A stretch of DNA of 63,833 nt, filler included, from Stramenopiles sp. TOSAG23-3 (GCA_900128585.1; 27 parts of 27 records of this genome joined end to end with filler, not necessarily neighbours in it), one strand, 5' to 3'; shown: positions 31,723 through 44,652, counted from the whole stretch's first letter. The notes: generated by a model not told the origin, from the letters alone. Numbers and translations: made by a program.

Positions 31723-32284
31723 CGGGTGGATGATTCCTGCGAGGCATACGTTGGCAGCCTTGCTGTTGGAGTGCAGCCAACTGGACTCAAGCGCGGGGGA
31801 AAGGAATGCGTACGTTCAAGAGGCGAAGGCCAAGTACGAGGAAGACTTGAAGCATTACCCCCGAAATATCTGGTCTTTGGTGGGCCTGAAGCAATGCGAA
31901 TCGCTGCTGGGTAGCGATGGGGCTTTTCGCATGGAAGAAGACCTTCGTCTGGCGCAATTGGGATGTGACGTGGACATTTTGTACTCGTGCCTCTGCGCAG
32001 GCCTACTGAGCGATGAAAAGCCCCAGAGTCCAAAGAAAACCCTGGGCGACTGCTGCCCAAAACGGGATCGGCGCAAACTGAAAAACAGTCTGTTGCCGAT
32101 CCCTCCGAGAAGCGGCAAAGTGCCAACGAAGCCTGCAACGGCGTCTGGGCAAGAAACGGGGGCGAATGGGAACCCGAGCAATTTGAGTGAGTGTATCCCT
32201 ATGGCAATGCCAACCCCCCCGTCCCCTGAACCTGAGAATAAAGGGGGAAAGAGACGGCTTCAAAGTGCTTTAGATTATTTTTAA
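31723..32284 (+). CDS. C-terminal fragment of a TPR-like protein
   Basis: AKAKYEEDLKHYPRNIWSLVGLKQC helical-repeat motif; 5'-truncated. Confidence 0.55.
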
Positions 32285-32652
32285 TATTGTTGTGGGTTGT
32301 AAATAGTGCTGTGCTACTGTATTTCATACCACCTGATAATAATATAATACTACGCACGGTTATAACGCCTCGTATCATCAGGTACGGTACGAGTAGTAGT
32401 AGGAAGTTATTTCGTAGTAGTCGTCTAGAAGCAGCAGCAGCAGCAGCAGATGATAAAATAAAAAAAAATAATAATTAAAATATAAATAATAACAGAATTT
32501 ATTTCATCATACACACGGAACACTCCGGAATATTAGTCTAATCTAATCTACTGTATAAGAATGGTGAGCCATGTACAAAAAAAGAAAGGTTCTGTCGTTT
32601 CTGCTCCTTTTGGCTTCTATTTCGTCTTTATAAGCATATTTCTGTAGTGACC

Positions 32653-33184
32653 ATGCCTCGTCGAGTAAAGAAACGCGGAGGGTAAGTTATTCTAAGACCC
32701 CACATTGTCCCCCTTTCCCATCTTGTTCCCTTCCTTGACGTGACTGCCCCCTTCAAGAACAACAACAACTAACCATAGTCTCGCTTCACGCCCACTACTA
32801 CTCCTTTCCCTTAGGTTTGATGAGGATAGATTAGAACTTTTAGGACCTCCCGGCGATGATTTTGATGCCAACGATGATTTTATTCAAGCGGAACTTCGAG
32901 ACCATAGTTTGATACATAAAAACCAGGATGCTCACCTCGACGTTATGTCAGAGGGCCTGACGCGCCTGAAGGACGTGAGCCATCGCATAGCGGATGAGTT
33001 GGACGAACACAATAGGCTACTCGACGACCTCGACGAAGACGTAGCGGATACAGATAGTCGTATAGCATTTGTAACGAACCAAACCAAGGAGTTGATTGCC
33101 CAGTCAGGGGGCACAAAGTGGTTTTGCTTAATCCTTGCCCTGGCGGTGCTGGCACTCTTCCTGTTCTTCCTGATTATTTCGTAA
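32653..33184 (+). CDS. Qc-SNARE (syntaxin 6/8-like), two exons (32653-32681, 32815-33184)
   Basis: QDAHLDVMSEGLTRLK...DELDEHNRLLDDL SNARE helix plus C-terminal TM; GTAAGT...ACTAAC...TTAG intron joins the exons in frame. Confidence 0.85.
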
Positions 33185-33442
33185 GCCCGCCGTTGCGAAG
33201 GAATGCCCCACGTGCGCTGTGTGAGAGAGAGGGGGGGGGGGGTTNNNNNNNNNNNNNNNNNNNNNNNNNNNNNNNNNNNNNNNNNNNNTTAATTAATTAA
33301 NNNNNNNNNNNNNNNNNNNNNNNNNNNNNNNNNNNNNNNNNNNNTTTTCAATTTTAAAAAACAAATTATATAGTAACTTCTAAAGATTAAATTTTCAACG
33401 CATATTTTCTTTTAGTCGCCTCCTACACTCTCCTCTCTCCTT

Positions 33443-34660
33443 TTACCTCTCCAACGAAGTGTTGATCGTGGTCCCAAACGTGCTTTTTCCGCCATTCTGA
33501 GCATGCATGAAAGCACGCAGGTGAATCGAAGGATTTGGTTTCTCTGAGTCATCATACCCGAGTATAACCCCAGAGCACGCGTGTTCACCCACCATTTTGT
33601 TCAACTGTAATTCTATATCGTACAATCGCGAACTAGTGCAAATATCGTAACTTCCCCAAGTCTTATCTTTCCCTTTATAAAGCAATAGAACATAGAAAGG
33701 AGTGCCGACAGGGTTCCCTAGCGCCCCCCCGTGTTCGTTGCGGTACGGCACCCAATGGGAAAACGAAGGCGCCGACGACGGTATTGCCGTGCCAGGGTTC
33801 TTCACCACGAACATTTGTACCCATACGTTCCGGTCTGGTCCATCCAAACATCTGTACACACGGCAATGGCCATTCCAGAACGAAAAGGTAACGAATTGGT
33901 CGCACGGGGAAAACTTAGCATGCGTTATTCTGCCCTCACCTTGCTCCATGACTATTGAAAATTCATTGCAAGCGTTCTCGGTCGCTGCTTTCGAATGACT
34001 CTGCCCCAACGCTTCCAAGTTGATGTTTATCATAAAGCAGCGACCATCCTTGCCCGCAAGGGCAACTTTCGGCACCCTATTCCCGGAGTCAACTATGCAG
34101 CAAGCACAAATCCCTTCCTTTAAATGTATCGTATTTACATGAGTCAGTGAGCCTTCACCACCACTCTCGACTGTTTCCAACCTCAGCATTGCCCCATCTT
34201 GTCCACCGTAGACGCACGCGTAAGTATTGTCCCACAAGCTAAGTGCAGAATCTAACGTTTGAAAATGCGTTTGAAACGAGTCAAGAAGGACAATTTCGTG
34301 TTGTTCTGTAACGCGAAACACCCCTCCCTGCATCCCGTACGTACAAATCAGCATGTTTGAGGAGTGCCACGCATGGCTAATATGCGTTACGCAGGAGGGA
34401 GTTCCTTCCTCTCCCTTTACAAAAAAGTCCTTCAACCGACCCAAAAGTTTGCTTCCAACGTACAAAAATATGTCGGGACCCTGTCCATCCTCTCCCAGAA
34501 GAGACCACAACGACGTCGACGAAAACCCAAGCGTTTCTGGGGAACTAATGACGTTCGCTAAGTTGCCAGCTGGCCACGGCATTCTTTCTGTTTTCGTCTC
34601 GTTGTTGCCACCACTAGTCCCACCCTTCTGACTATGCGCAGTTGAAACCAGGGACGCCAT
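33443..34660 (-). CDS. Hypothetical beta-propeller (WD40-like) protein
   Basis: Complete 405-aa ORF; ITHAKFSPCDQFVTFSFWNGHCRVY resembles a WD blade. Confidence 0.6.
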   Translation of the reverse strand: MASLVSTAHSQKGGTSGGNNETKTERMPWPAGNLANVISSPETLGFSSTSLWSLLGEDGQGPDIFLYVGSKLLGRLKDFFVKGEEGTPSCVTHISHAWHSSNMLICTYGMQGGVFRVTEQHEIVLLDSFQTHFQTLDSALSLWDNTYACVYGGQDGAMLRLETVESGGEGSLTHVNTIHLKEGICACCIVDSGNRVPKVALAGKDGRCFMININLEALGQSHSKAATENACNEFSIVMEQGEGRITHAKFSPCDQFVTFSFWNGHCRVYRCLDGPDRNVWVQMFVVKNPGTAIPSSAPSFSHWVPYRNEHGGALGNPVGTPFYVLLLYKGKDKTWGSYDICTSSRLYDIELQLNKMVGEHACSGVILGYDDSEKPNPSIHLRAFMHAQNGGKSTFGTTINTSLER

Positions 34661-34965
34661 GCTATTGAATTAGAAAACCCTACACGCTCGTCCACTCTAA
34701 TTTTCGAACCGGGGGGGGGGAGAGGGGGGTACAGCGTCTAAATTATCCCCGCCTTGGTTCACTTCCCACAAAAAATGCATAAATATTTATCTACTATTTC
34801 TTTGTAATTAAGAAAATGGAAAAGATATTATTCTCTTTAAAAAAATCAACAACAAAAAACGAAGANNNNNNNNNNNNNNNNNNNNNNNNNNNNNNNNNNN
34901 NNNNNNNNNTTAATTAATTAANNNNNNNNNNNNNNNNNNNNNNNNNNNNNNNNNNNNNNNNNNNN

Positions 34966-36485
34966 GTCCCTACAATAATTATGATCGCCTAGATATTCAT
35001 ATCCGTGTTCATGCGGAATATCAGCAGTCCATTTTTGGCATGTTAAACCATTAATAGTTGTATTGGTGTTTGGATATGCTTGCTTTGTGTAACTCATACC
35101 CAAATTACACTTGATTAATTTTGTTAGATTTTCGACTATATCCTCCAAACGTGATTGTGTATCATTCAGATTGTTGGATTGTAAAAACAGGGATTTTAAC
35201 TGAGATAGTTTCCCTATTCCAATTGGTAAAGCACCTGTCAACTGATTATTGGCAAGATTAAGATAGGCCAACTTGGATAACCTGCCAATTTCTTTTGGTA
35301 GTGATCCAGTCAAATTGTTATTACCCAAATGAACATGTCGTAACATGACTAAATTCAACAGAGGCTTTAAAGTTCCATCAATGCGTAAACAGTAAGGTAA
35401 GTCAAGTTCCTCTAGCTTCGACAAATTTTCCAAGGGTTTCAAAGTACCCGTGACAACGGATGCACCTAGCTTGAGTGTTGTCAAAGAATTTAGCTCTGTA
35501 AATGGATCTAGGGTTAAAGTCAAATACGAACCGTATGCATCGAATGTTTTAGAGTTTCTTAAACATTTCGGCCAAGGTAAGAATGCAGAAAAGTTTTGCA
35601 TAACACTTGTCTCAAATTTAATGGTCTCTACCACCGGATTTAATGGCAACACTAGATTACTGAAGTACATCTTTGTTTCGGCAGCTTTATTATTCAAGCT
35701 CTTAAAGCGAATCTTCACAATAGGATTTTCCGTCAAATAAATTCGCAAGCCATTGTTTATATTGCTTTCAACTGCCTTACTTGTGACTATAAATTCACTT
35801 ATTCTGTTTCGACTTAAATCCAATTCATTTAAAGTGCTCAAATCTGCCGTCAGAGTACATTTGCTGAAGTCTTCTGCAATTGAGTTTAACAGCAAAAATT
35901 GATTTCCGGACAAATTTAAATATTTCAGTTTTTCAAATTTGCAAAAGTCCTCGTACCCAGGAGTTGTATGATTGAGAAAATTTCCACTTAATTGAAAATA
36001 TTCCAACGTAGCCCCAAAACTTCTGTAAAAAGTACTTTCTACGGGTGGCAATGCGACGATTCCCTTGTTCGACCAATCAATGGATGTAGCAATAGGGGCA
36101 TCAGTAACAATAAGCTCTTGAATGTGCAAAGAAACTGCCACTTCAAACGGAATATGCCGTACGCCAGTGTACGAAACATCTAAAATACGAAGAGATGCAA
36201 TGGACGCCAGAGACTCCGGGATGCTTTCCAATTGAGGGTTGTGCGATAAAAAAACATTTTTTAATTTTGGCATTAGGCTCCCAATTCTGTCTGGGAGATA
36301 ATGAACATTTGCTTTGGAGCACGCCAACGACTTAACGTCCGCAAATGCGCAAGAGGGTTTGCCCATGATTCCCCCAGGAATATTAAAATAAAAACGCTCG
36401 GATGCGCAGAGCGAAATCGGTCCAACCTCTGCTACGCATTCCTTTTCTATGGCAACGTACTTGGCAATTGCCACTAAACAAAACG
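34966..36485 (-). CDS. LRR protein with C-terminal kringle domain, partial at both ends
   Basis: LGNNNLTGSLPKEIGRLSKL-type LRRs, then NTTINGLTCQKW...PHEH...GDHNYCRD (kringle signature). Confidence 0.85.
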
Positions 36486-36585
36486 NNNNNNNNNNNNNNN
36501 NNNNNNNNNNNNNNNNNNNNNNNNNNNNNTTAATTAATTAANNNNNNNNNNNNNNNNNNNNNNNNNNNNNNNNNNNNNNNNNNNN

Positions 36586-37622
36586 AATCTGTACGAAAAA
36601 TATTGGAAGCGAAGTTCGGAATCAGCCTAAAAAGCAAGAAAGATTTTCTAAAGACAACGTTGATATCGATCCTTTCTAAACCGGCAGAGGCTGATCGATC
36701 TAGTTCGCCACTGGAGGGGACGTCGCGCAAAAGTGGTTCATCAGCAAAGCCCAAACCGAAAAAGAAGTTGCCACAGAGCGAGCCCAAGGAAAACGTTTCC
36801 TCGTCGCAAGGGAGACCGGTGACAAAGGAGAGAAAAGAGATGAAACCACCGCCACCGAAACTACCCCCGCCACCCCCTAAAGTGGCGCCTCGCAAAAATT
36901 CTCGCGGGTCTGAGCCAGATTGCAAGAGCAACAGGTACAGCAAACGAAAGACGGGAGAGTATGAAGAGTATGACGCGCCCAGGAAGAAGCCTCGTCGCCT
37001 CGTCGACAACGCGTCTTCGTCGCGTGTCACAGCCACCAACCAGAAGGTCACAATAATTCGTAGCAAAGTGCAGGAAGTCAAGCGGTTAAAGCACCAAGCG
37101 GATGCGCTGATGAAGAAAAACAAGCGGTCGGAGAAGGCAGCGGGTATCTACATGTCAGCATCGATTTTGTACTTGGAGTATTTGAATGATTTGCAACGGC
37201 AGAGGAAGCACTCGAAAATAGAAGACGTCGTGCGGTCCGCAGCGGATTTCTTTGCGTCAACTGGTCGCTTGTTTGGAATATTAGGCAAATGGAAAAAGGC
37301 CAAATTAGCGCATTCGGCAGCAGCGACGCTGTATTTTGATTGTTCCATGCGCAACTATAGCAAGCTTAAGTTGATGAGAAAGTCCATTATGGGCAAGAAG
37401 AAAATTACGGAGGGAAACAGCAAACTGGCGTTCCGACTGATTAACGACATGGGAGATTTTCTTTCAGCGCAGCAGCAGCATAAATACTCCGTGACGGCCC
37501 GCGATAAAACAAAGGGCGAATCCGAAACGGGCGGCCCCGGAAACAATGGGCTGGCGTGGAATCTGGGAACGGAGAGGCTGCTGCTCGTGCTGCAAACGGA
37601 GGTGGGAGACATGGAAAAATGA
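36586..37622 (+). CDS. Nuclear protein with DEK-C-like end, basic linker and AF4/FMR2 C-terminal-homology-like domain, 5'-partial
   Basis: LEAKFGISLKSKKDFLK (DEK-C-like); EVKRLKHQADAL...EKAAGIYMSASILYLE resembles AFF-family EAKKLKHxADAL...KAxxYLxA. Confidence 0.6.
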
Positions 37623-38201
37623 GCCTGTGCATGAACATCTTTTCGGGGAAGGAAAGGGCGAAGATCAAACATAATGGCTCAATTAATTTTTATGGAAATT
37701 CGATTTTCCATTGTAGCATTTTAAAATTTATTTTGTAAATTTAACACATTATTCTTTTTAAAAAAATTGACTGTTATTTAAAGTAATTAAATTTTAGCTT
37801 TCTCACATACCGCGAAAAAGAATCTGCCCAGCTCAGCATTTGTCCAATTTAGAGGTTTACATGTACTGCGAACTGATACACATTATTCTAAATTTTAGAG
37901 GTTTTGTTTAAAACGTTTTTTTCTTAAATGTTTTTAATAATTATTTGTTTTTTAATGCTAAATGTTTTCTTTTTTAAATATTTTATGGAATTTTTTGTGT
38001 GTCTTTTTTGTCTTTTTTTAATGTTTTTCATAAATACATGACACACCGATAGTCAAAAGCATCTCATTTGCAAACGACGCCGGCGAGCACGCCACCGCAC
38101 TNNNNNNNNNNNNNNNNNNNNNNNNNNNNNNNNNNNNNNNNNNNNTTAATTAATTAANNNNNNNNNNNNNNNNNNNNNNNNNNNNNNNNNNNNNNNNNNN
38201 N

Positions 38202-38624
38202 AAGAGAGCGGTTCGAGCGAGGGGTTGCCATTCTAATGGACAGCTTGGTGTCTCCGGGCCCTGAAGAGTTACCAGATGAGTTGGTGGAAACGTGGCTCGA
38301 GTCGGCCTCGACAAGTTGAGAACGCCGACTCTTATTCTTCATTCTAAAGCTTCGTCGCCGACGTTTTCTAGATCTGGAGCCACGCCGACCAAGTCGTTTC
38401 CTTTCACGCTCTTCTTCCTCTTCCATTCGCAGCACCTCGATGTTGTAGCGGCACCAAACCGAAATGCCGACCAAGCTCAGGAAAATAAACCCTGTCATTA
38501 ACCCCACGAACAATGGCAAAGGCATCGGCAGCGATACTTGACCCGAAGGAGTGTCGTGTGGCGAGACTGTCGGGGAACTGGTAGGCGAGAAAGCACTAGG
38601 GTCCCCTGTCGGCGATCCAGACAT
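38202..38624 (-). CDS. Single-pass membrane protein, 3'-partial
   Basis: PT/SP-rich N-terminus, hydrophobic helix, basic cytosolic tail. Confidence 0.55.
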
Positions 38625-39010
38625 GGGCCTGCTTCAGGACTCACGACATTCGTTCTGAAGTTTCTTCACTTAGAGGGATCGAGGGACGGGGAATGGGGGT
38701 ACTTTTTCGAGCCGGTTTTTTTTTTTTCTTTTTGGAGAACCCCCCCGGGAATCCCCGGGAATCCCGGGAATCCGGTAGTGATACAATTCGGCTAAATATA
38801 AAAAAGGGCTCATGAAAGTGCCCGATCTTTTGAAATGACGCATGCACGAGCCTACCCTTTGCGGTAGTTGACTGCTCTGGGTTCATTTATCGCCATCTGT
38901 CAAGGCTGAAACTCTTATCTAGAGACCAAGACAGCACTAGAGTGCGGCCCACAAGCCTTTTTTTGTATCGCAACAACGCGTGAAAAGGCTCTAGAATCGA
39001 AGTACTGTGC

Positions 39011-39715
39011 ATGTCTCGGCAGCCACGTGTTTCGTCTCAAACAGCGAAGCTGTGGCGAGCCATGGATGAGCGGATTGTTGTCGAAATGCAGTGTCTAGCT
39101 GCAAAACTCAAGGACCTTGGACAAATTGATTCTCGCGTCACAAATGTTGCGCAGGACCTAAAAACCCTGTCACGCTTGGTTTCAAGTGGTGGGCACGTAA
39201 GGCATCAATCAATTGAGCCTATCGCTTCCAATCAGCAGACGAGTGCGCTGATGCTACCGCCGTCTCAGCCACCGCCCACATCAGAGAGAATGAGCGGGGG
39301 AAACGCCGCTGCTGGCATTGCTGTGGCGATCCCACTTATGGTACCACCGTCTCAGCAACCCGTTGCACTAGAGAGAATAAACAGAGAAATTCCAACTGCC
39401 AGTTCTTCGTGGCAAGTCAATTTTGCAACTCGGAGCCGATCTTTTGCAGCTGCGTCTCAACCAGTCTTAGCGCTTCCAAGACCTGTGGCGTACGCGCCAA
39501 CGATTGTCGCACCACCTCGTAGGGCCGAGCTGTGGCCCAGCAACGCGGCACGCTTGTTTCAAAAGCATCAGGTGCGCCCGTACCAATATCTAAATCAACA
39601 ACATCAACCTGTGGTATCAAGGCTGGCACCATCACGGGGCGCCTACGCGGTGTCGCCATTACAACGGGGTATTGCACCTCAATCTGCTGCACGATTCCCG
39701 ACGATGGGTTATTCT
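39011..39715 (+). CDS. Hypothetical protein (coiled coil plus P/Q/A-rich), 3'-partial
   Basis: ATG-started ORF open to the contig end. Confidence 0.5.
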
Positions 39716-39815
39716 NNNNNNNNNNNNNNNNNNNNNNNNNNNNNNNNNNNNNNNNNNNNTTAATTAATTAANNNNNNNNNNNNNNNNNNNNNNNNNNNNN
39801 NNNNNNNNNNNNNNN

Positions 39816-39852
<37 letters not shown>

Positions 39853-40099
39853 TTGTGTGTTTTTTTTTGGGATTATTGTTATTATGAAATTTATTTAATT
39901 TGGTTTTCTTGTTTAATAAATATATGTAGAAAGGAAAGGATATTTTTTTCTCGCTATGAATTAACAACCATAGCTTTCTTCCATTAGAAAGGGTTGGCGA
40001 TTTTTTAGAGGTATATACAGCTATATATAATTTATACAATAGGTTTCAGAACGGACGAGCGCGTGCTACCCTTCGAGTGTCGTTTCAGAGGAACCGACC

Positions 40100-41329
40100 A
40101 TGGCGGACGACGAGGGCCTGGACTTCTACTCGGACTTGGTGTTCCCGGAAAACCACTTTAAGGGGATTCTTCAGGAAGAAACGGTGTCTACTGTGGACGT
40201 GGCTGCGACGGGGGATGATAAAGGCGTTGGGGTATCCGCGAAGAGTGCGGGTGATGCGTCCAGGTCGACCTCGGGGGCGCCGGAAGTCAAAGATATCGAC
40301 GAGTCCGACGACAGCAGCAGCGACGAGGGTGATAGTGGCGACATACAGATTATCATTGGGGACGCGTCCGCCGCCAAGGCCAAGCGGCCAAACATGCGCC
40401 TGAAAAAAAACACGTGGAGGCGAAGCTCACTGCAAATTGCACAGCCCGACCTGACCGAAGCCAAGGCGACAGGGGCCGAGGATGCCCCGGAGGCAAAGGA
40501 TGGAAAAGAGGCCGCGACGGAGCCAGGCACAACGGCCGAAGCCCAAGGCGCGGACGGGACAACAAAGAGCAAGCCCCCGCCCGTGTCCACCGTGGGCAAG
40601 TCCGCGGCGAAGCCGCAGGCGGTGGTGATCAAGAAAGTCGAACTCTGGACCTCTAAGACAGGGTTTGACGAACCACCGGGGGGCTACGACGCAAGATTTA
40701 TGGTGGAGCCGTTTCGCATGAAAACGGCGTTCGACATTGACATCGAGCTTATTCCGCAAGAGGAAAGGGGGTGGTTGGTGGAGGGTGCGGACCTCACGGA
40801 CTATTTTAATTTTGGACACGACGAGAAGGGGTGGTTGGAGTACGCCGCCAGGCAACTAAAGGTGAGAAAGAACAAGCTTTACGAGGGTTGGTTGGTAAAG
40901 CGCCAAGAGCTAGACGAGTTCCAAGAGAAAGAGCGGGTGCGAATGCAAGCGGAGAGGGCAGACAAATTGGCTGACGGTGGCGCTGCGTCGATGGCAGCGG
41001 CGAACCCGTCCAGGTTCGTGGAAGTGTCGCAGCGAAAATGCTTCAAATGCCAACAGTTCGGTCACATGGCGAGCGTCTGTCCGAACGTACGTGGGCCAAA
41101 CTCTCCTGGCCCCGGAACGTTTTCCGAAATGCCAGACAGAATATGCTACAAGTGCGGCGAACGGGGGCACATGGCGAGCTCGTGCCCGAACAGCGAGACC
41201 CGTTGCTTTCAATGCAACGAGCCCGGCCACACGGCGAAGAACTGCCCGAAACAACGGTGCTTTCGTTGCCAACAGTATGGCCACCAGGCCAGTGCCTGCC
41301 CGAACCCGCCGTCGGCCCCCCCGCCCCGC
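40100..41329 (+). CDS. FIP1: Polyadenylation factor Fip1 fused to at least four CCHC zinc knuckles, 3'-partial
   Basis: AFDIDIE...WLVEGADLTDYFNFGHDEKGWLEYAARQ Fip1 motif; four CX2CX4HX4C. Confidence 0.88.
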
Positions 41330-41546
41330 NNNNNNNNNNNNNNNNNNNNNNNNNNNNNNNNNNNNNNNNNNNNTTAATTAATTAANNNNNNNNNNNNNNN
41401 NNNNNNNNNNNNNNNNNNNNNNNNNNNNNAAGAGTTAAGCACAGAAACAGTATAGCCCCCCATCCCCCCCTTCTTTCTTCACGTTTGTCCAGAGGTACGT
41501 CTGAGAAGACAGAACCCGTGGCGTTTTTAACAAGTGCACAAGGAGT

Positions 41547-42572
41547 ATGTCGGCGTCAAGCAAAAGTAGCAAGGCTTCGTCTCAGCAGAAAGAAATATAC
41601 GATTATAAAACTAGCCATGCAGTGTATGGGCTTGGGTGGAGTGCACGGCCGGACAAAACGTTCAGGCTGGCGGTCGGTAGTTTTATCGAGGAGTACAACA
41701 ACAAAGTAGAAATTATACAACTCTTGCCGGAGCACAACAATACGGGAGAAGAGTCCTTTCAAGTAATCTCAACCTTTGACCACCCGTACCCGACGACAAA
41801 AATCATGTGGTTGCCTCGACCGGACAAAGGGGACAAGGATTTATTAGCGACGACGGGGGACTACCTGCGCATCTGGAACGTCGACGAGGACAACAACGTG
41901 AAGCTGGAGCACCTGCTGAACAACGCGAAGAACAGCGAGTATTGCGCCCCGTTGACCTCCTTCGACTGGAACGAGACCGATCGAAACCTGATCGTGACTT
42001 CTAGTATCGACACTACCTGCACCGTCTGGGACGTCGAAACGGCCGTCGCCAAGACGCAGCTGATTGCGCATGACAAAGAGGTGTACGACGTTGCGTTCAC
42101 GAAGGGAAAGGACGTCTTTGGTTCTGTGGGCGCGGACGGGTCCGTCCGGATGTTTGACTTGCGCAGTTTAGAGCATTCGTCCATAATTTACGAGAACAAG
42201 GACAGCAGTCCGCTGCTTCGGCTGGCGTGGAACAAGCTCGACCCGAACTACTTGGCGACCCTTATGCTGGACGACAACCGCACCGTCATCCTGGACGTCC
42301 GGATCCCGTCCGTGCCCGTCGCAGAATTGAATGGGCACCAAGCCTGCGTCAACTCGATGGAATGGGCCCCCCATTCCAGTTGTCACATATGCACGGCCGG
42401 GGACGATAGCAAAGCGTTAATTTGGGACCTGTCCCACATTCCTAAACCAATAGAAGACCCCATACTGGCCTACGGCGCCGAGGGAGAGATTAACCAGTTA
42501 AAGTGGTCCGCAGCACAGCCAGACTGGGTCGCCATAGCGTTTGGAAAGAGGATACAGATTTTACGAGTTTGA
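41547..42572 (+). CDS. DCAF7: DCAF7/WDR68 (AN11/TTG1/LWD family) WD40 protein
   Basis: FRLAVGSFIEEYNNKVEII, FDHPYPTTKIMW, CAPLTSFDWN, KTQLIAHDKEVYD, DLRSLEHS, terminal QILRV. Confidence 0.97.
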   Translation: MSASSKSSKASSQQKEIYDYKTSHAVYGLGWSARPDKTFRLAVGSFIEEYNNKVEIIQLLPEHNNTGEESFQVISTFDHPYPTTKIMWLPRPDKGDKDLLATTGDYLRIWNVDEDNNVKLEHLLNNAKNSEYCAPLTSFDWNETDRNLIVTSSIDTTCTVWDVETAVAKTQLIAHDKEVYDVAFTKGKDVFGSVGADGSVRMFDLRSLEHSSIIYENKDSSPLLRLAWNKLDPNYLATLMLDDNRTVILDVRIPSVPVAELNGHQACVNSMEWAPHSSCHICTAGDDSKALIWDLSHIPKPIEDPILAYGAEGEINQLKWSAAQPDWVAIAFGKRIQILRV

Positions 42573-43146
42573 GGCAACGAGTCCATTCGCACGAATGTGT
42601 TCCAGGGCGGGGCGTGTATTCTTCCGGGGTATTTTTTTCACGAACGCACGAGTAGTAAGCTTAGTTTTTAGTGCCAACACAGTGCGTTTGCAACAGTATA
42701 TGCTTGCTTCTACGGGCTAATTCGTTTAATAAATTAAAAAAATATAAAAAGTATAGCTGAGATTTTACTCTATCATACGAAGTACTTCGTAAGATACGTC
42801 TCTACGTGTTGTAAAAAAAAAATGCGAAAGGAGCAGATTCCTTTTCGCGGCACATGAGGAATTTAATTAACTTAAATAACAGCCAATTTTTTGTTTTTTG
42901 TTTTGTACCTCAACACAAAATTTCTGCGCACACAAAAACCACNNNNNNNNNNNNNNNNNNNNNNNNNNNNNNNNNNNNNNNNNNNNTTAATTAATTAANN
43001 NNNNNNNNNNNNNNNNNNNNNNNNNNNNNNNNNNNNNNNNNNTGTGTTTGCTCTCCAACATCACCATGATCAGTGTAGGCCATCGACCGTCTTTAATTCA
43101 ATACCACAAACAGAAGCTAACTCTGCAGGAAAATTGTGGGGCTCAA

Positions 43147-44551
43147 ATGGAAAAAATTTCCCCTACTCCAATAGCCAGCAGCGACGACGAGCAATGGGAA
43201 CCTGAAGAGGCCCACGCTTTCATTGATGGTGATTTTAAACAAAAAAGCATAATTCACGAAAAAAGCAGAAACTTTTGCAGTAGAAAAGTTTGCAGGCACA
43301 TGAAGCATTTTTGTGGGGTGGGATTTGGGAATGTTTGTTCTGATCCCATGTTCATGTATGTAATTTCCACAACCGTTGCTATTGGTGCTGACGTTTATTT
43401 GTCGACTAATATTTTGAATCGATTAAACACTAATGGATTAGTTCAGTTATCATCAAGTGAAGGACTCGTATCAGGAACAATGTGGAGCTATTGGATCGGT
43501 TCGATTGGAAAAGCGCTGTTAGAAATATGGGTATCTTTCGGCATATTAAAAATAGCGCTGCTGTGGCGACGACGTGTAGTGAGGAACAACAACTCCCTTT
43601 ACTTCAAAGACACTGCCGTTTATGTAGCAAATAATCTTCTCCCAAAAAAAGATAGAAAGCTAGGATTAATTGACAACATTGACCAACGATATACAACGGA
43701 CACAGACACATTTACAACCGCCTTTACTAACAGCGTTTGGGGTGCTGCAGGGACCATCACGCTAACAGGACAACTCTTCAATTTTCTGATTGGCATCGGG
43801 CTGTTATTAAGCCACGGCATCACGCCTTATTCATGCGCATTGTTGTTTGGCGTTTTGGTTGTTAACCAATTCGTCGTTGTCTTGAGCATGGGACCCGTTG
43901 GCCGCAGAGCGTACATGAAGCAAAAGATGGAAGGGGACTTTCGGCATTTACATGCTAGAGGAGTTGAATTTGCAGAATCAATCTGCTTTTATCACGCAGA
44001 AGAAAACCAAAGCAGTGCTGTTGATGAATCGTTAGGTGCACTGCAAGACGTTTATCAGGGCTTGATAGTGTCAAAGTACGTCATGTTGATGATCACAGAT
44101 GTTTTGCAGAAAATCTCAGTCATGACCGTCTCCCCGATCATGTACTTACTGAACTACCCTTGCACCCCTACAAACCCGCCTGGACCTGATGCAACCTTCC
44201 AACTTCGCATATTGGCTGGATTAGCTGCATCGGTGCTTATTATACCGAAGATAGTGTCCATATTTGGCATTGTGTCCGGGTTTGTAAGGCGGCTGGGAGG
44301 TCTCGACGAAGCACTAAAATTTAGCACCGACCGAAAACTGTGGGAGGGCAAACGGGGCACCACCGCAGCATCGCCAAATTCGGTCATTGTCGAAAATCTT
44401 ACCTGCACTACACCAAGTCGTGAGCAAGATCAAGATGAAAAAGTGCTGTTTCGTGATTTATCGTTTGAAGTGAAAGAGGGAGAGTCGTTGATTATTATGG
44501 GGGCCTCTGGAACGGGAAAAACATCATTGCTGCGTATACTAGGTGGGTTAT
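43147..44551 (+). CDS. ABC transporter subfamily D half-transporter, 3'-partial
   Basis: IDNIDQRYTTD, EGDFRHLHAR...AESICFY (EAA-like), IMGASGTGKTSLLRILGGL Walker A. Confidence 0.92.
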
Positions 44552-44652
44552 NNNNNNNNNNNNNNNNNNNNNNNNNNNNNNNNNNNNNNNNNNNNTTAAT
44601 TAATTAANNNNNNNNNNNNNNNNNNNNNNNNNNNNNNNNNNNNNNNNNNNNA

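Noticed and set aside
41039-41300. CCHC knuckles as retrotransposon Gag
   Set aside because: In frame with a clear Fip1 motif; no protease, RT or LTR.
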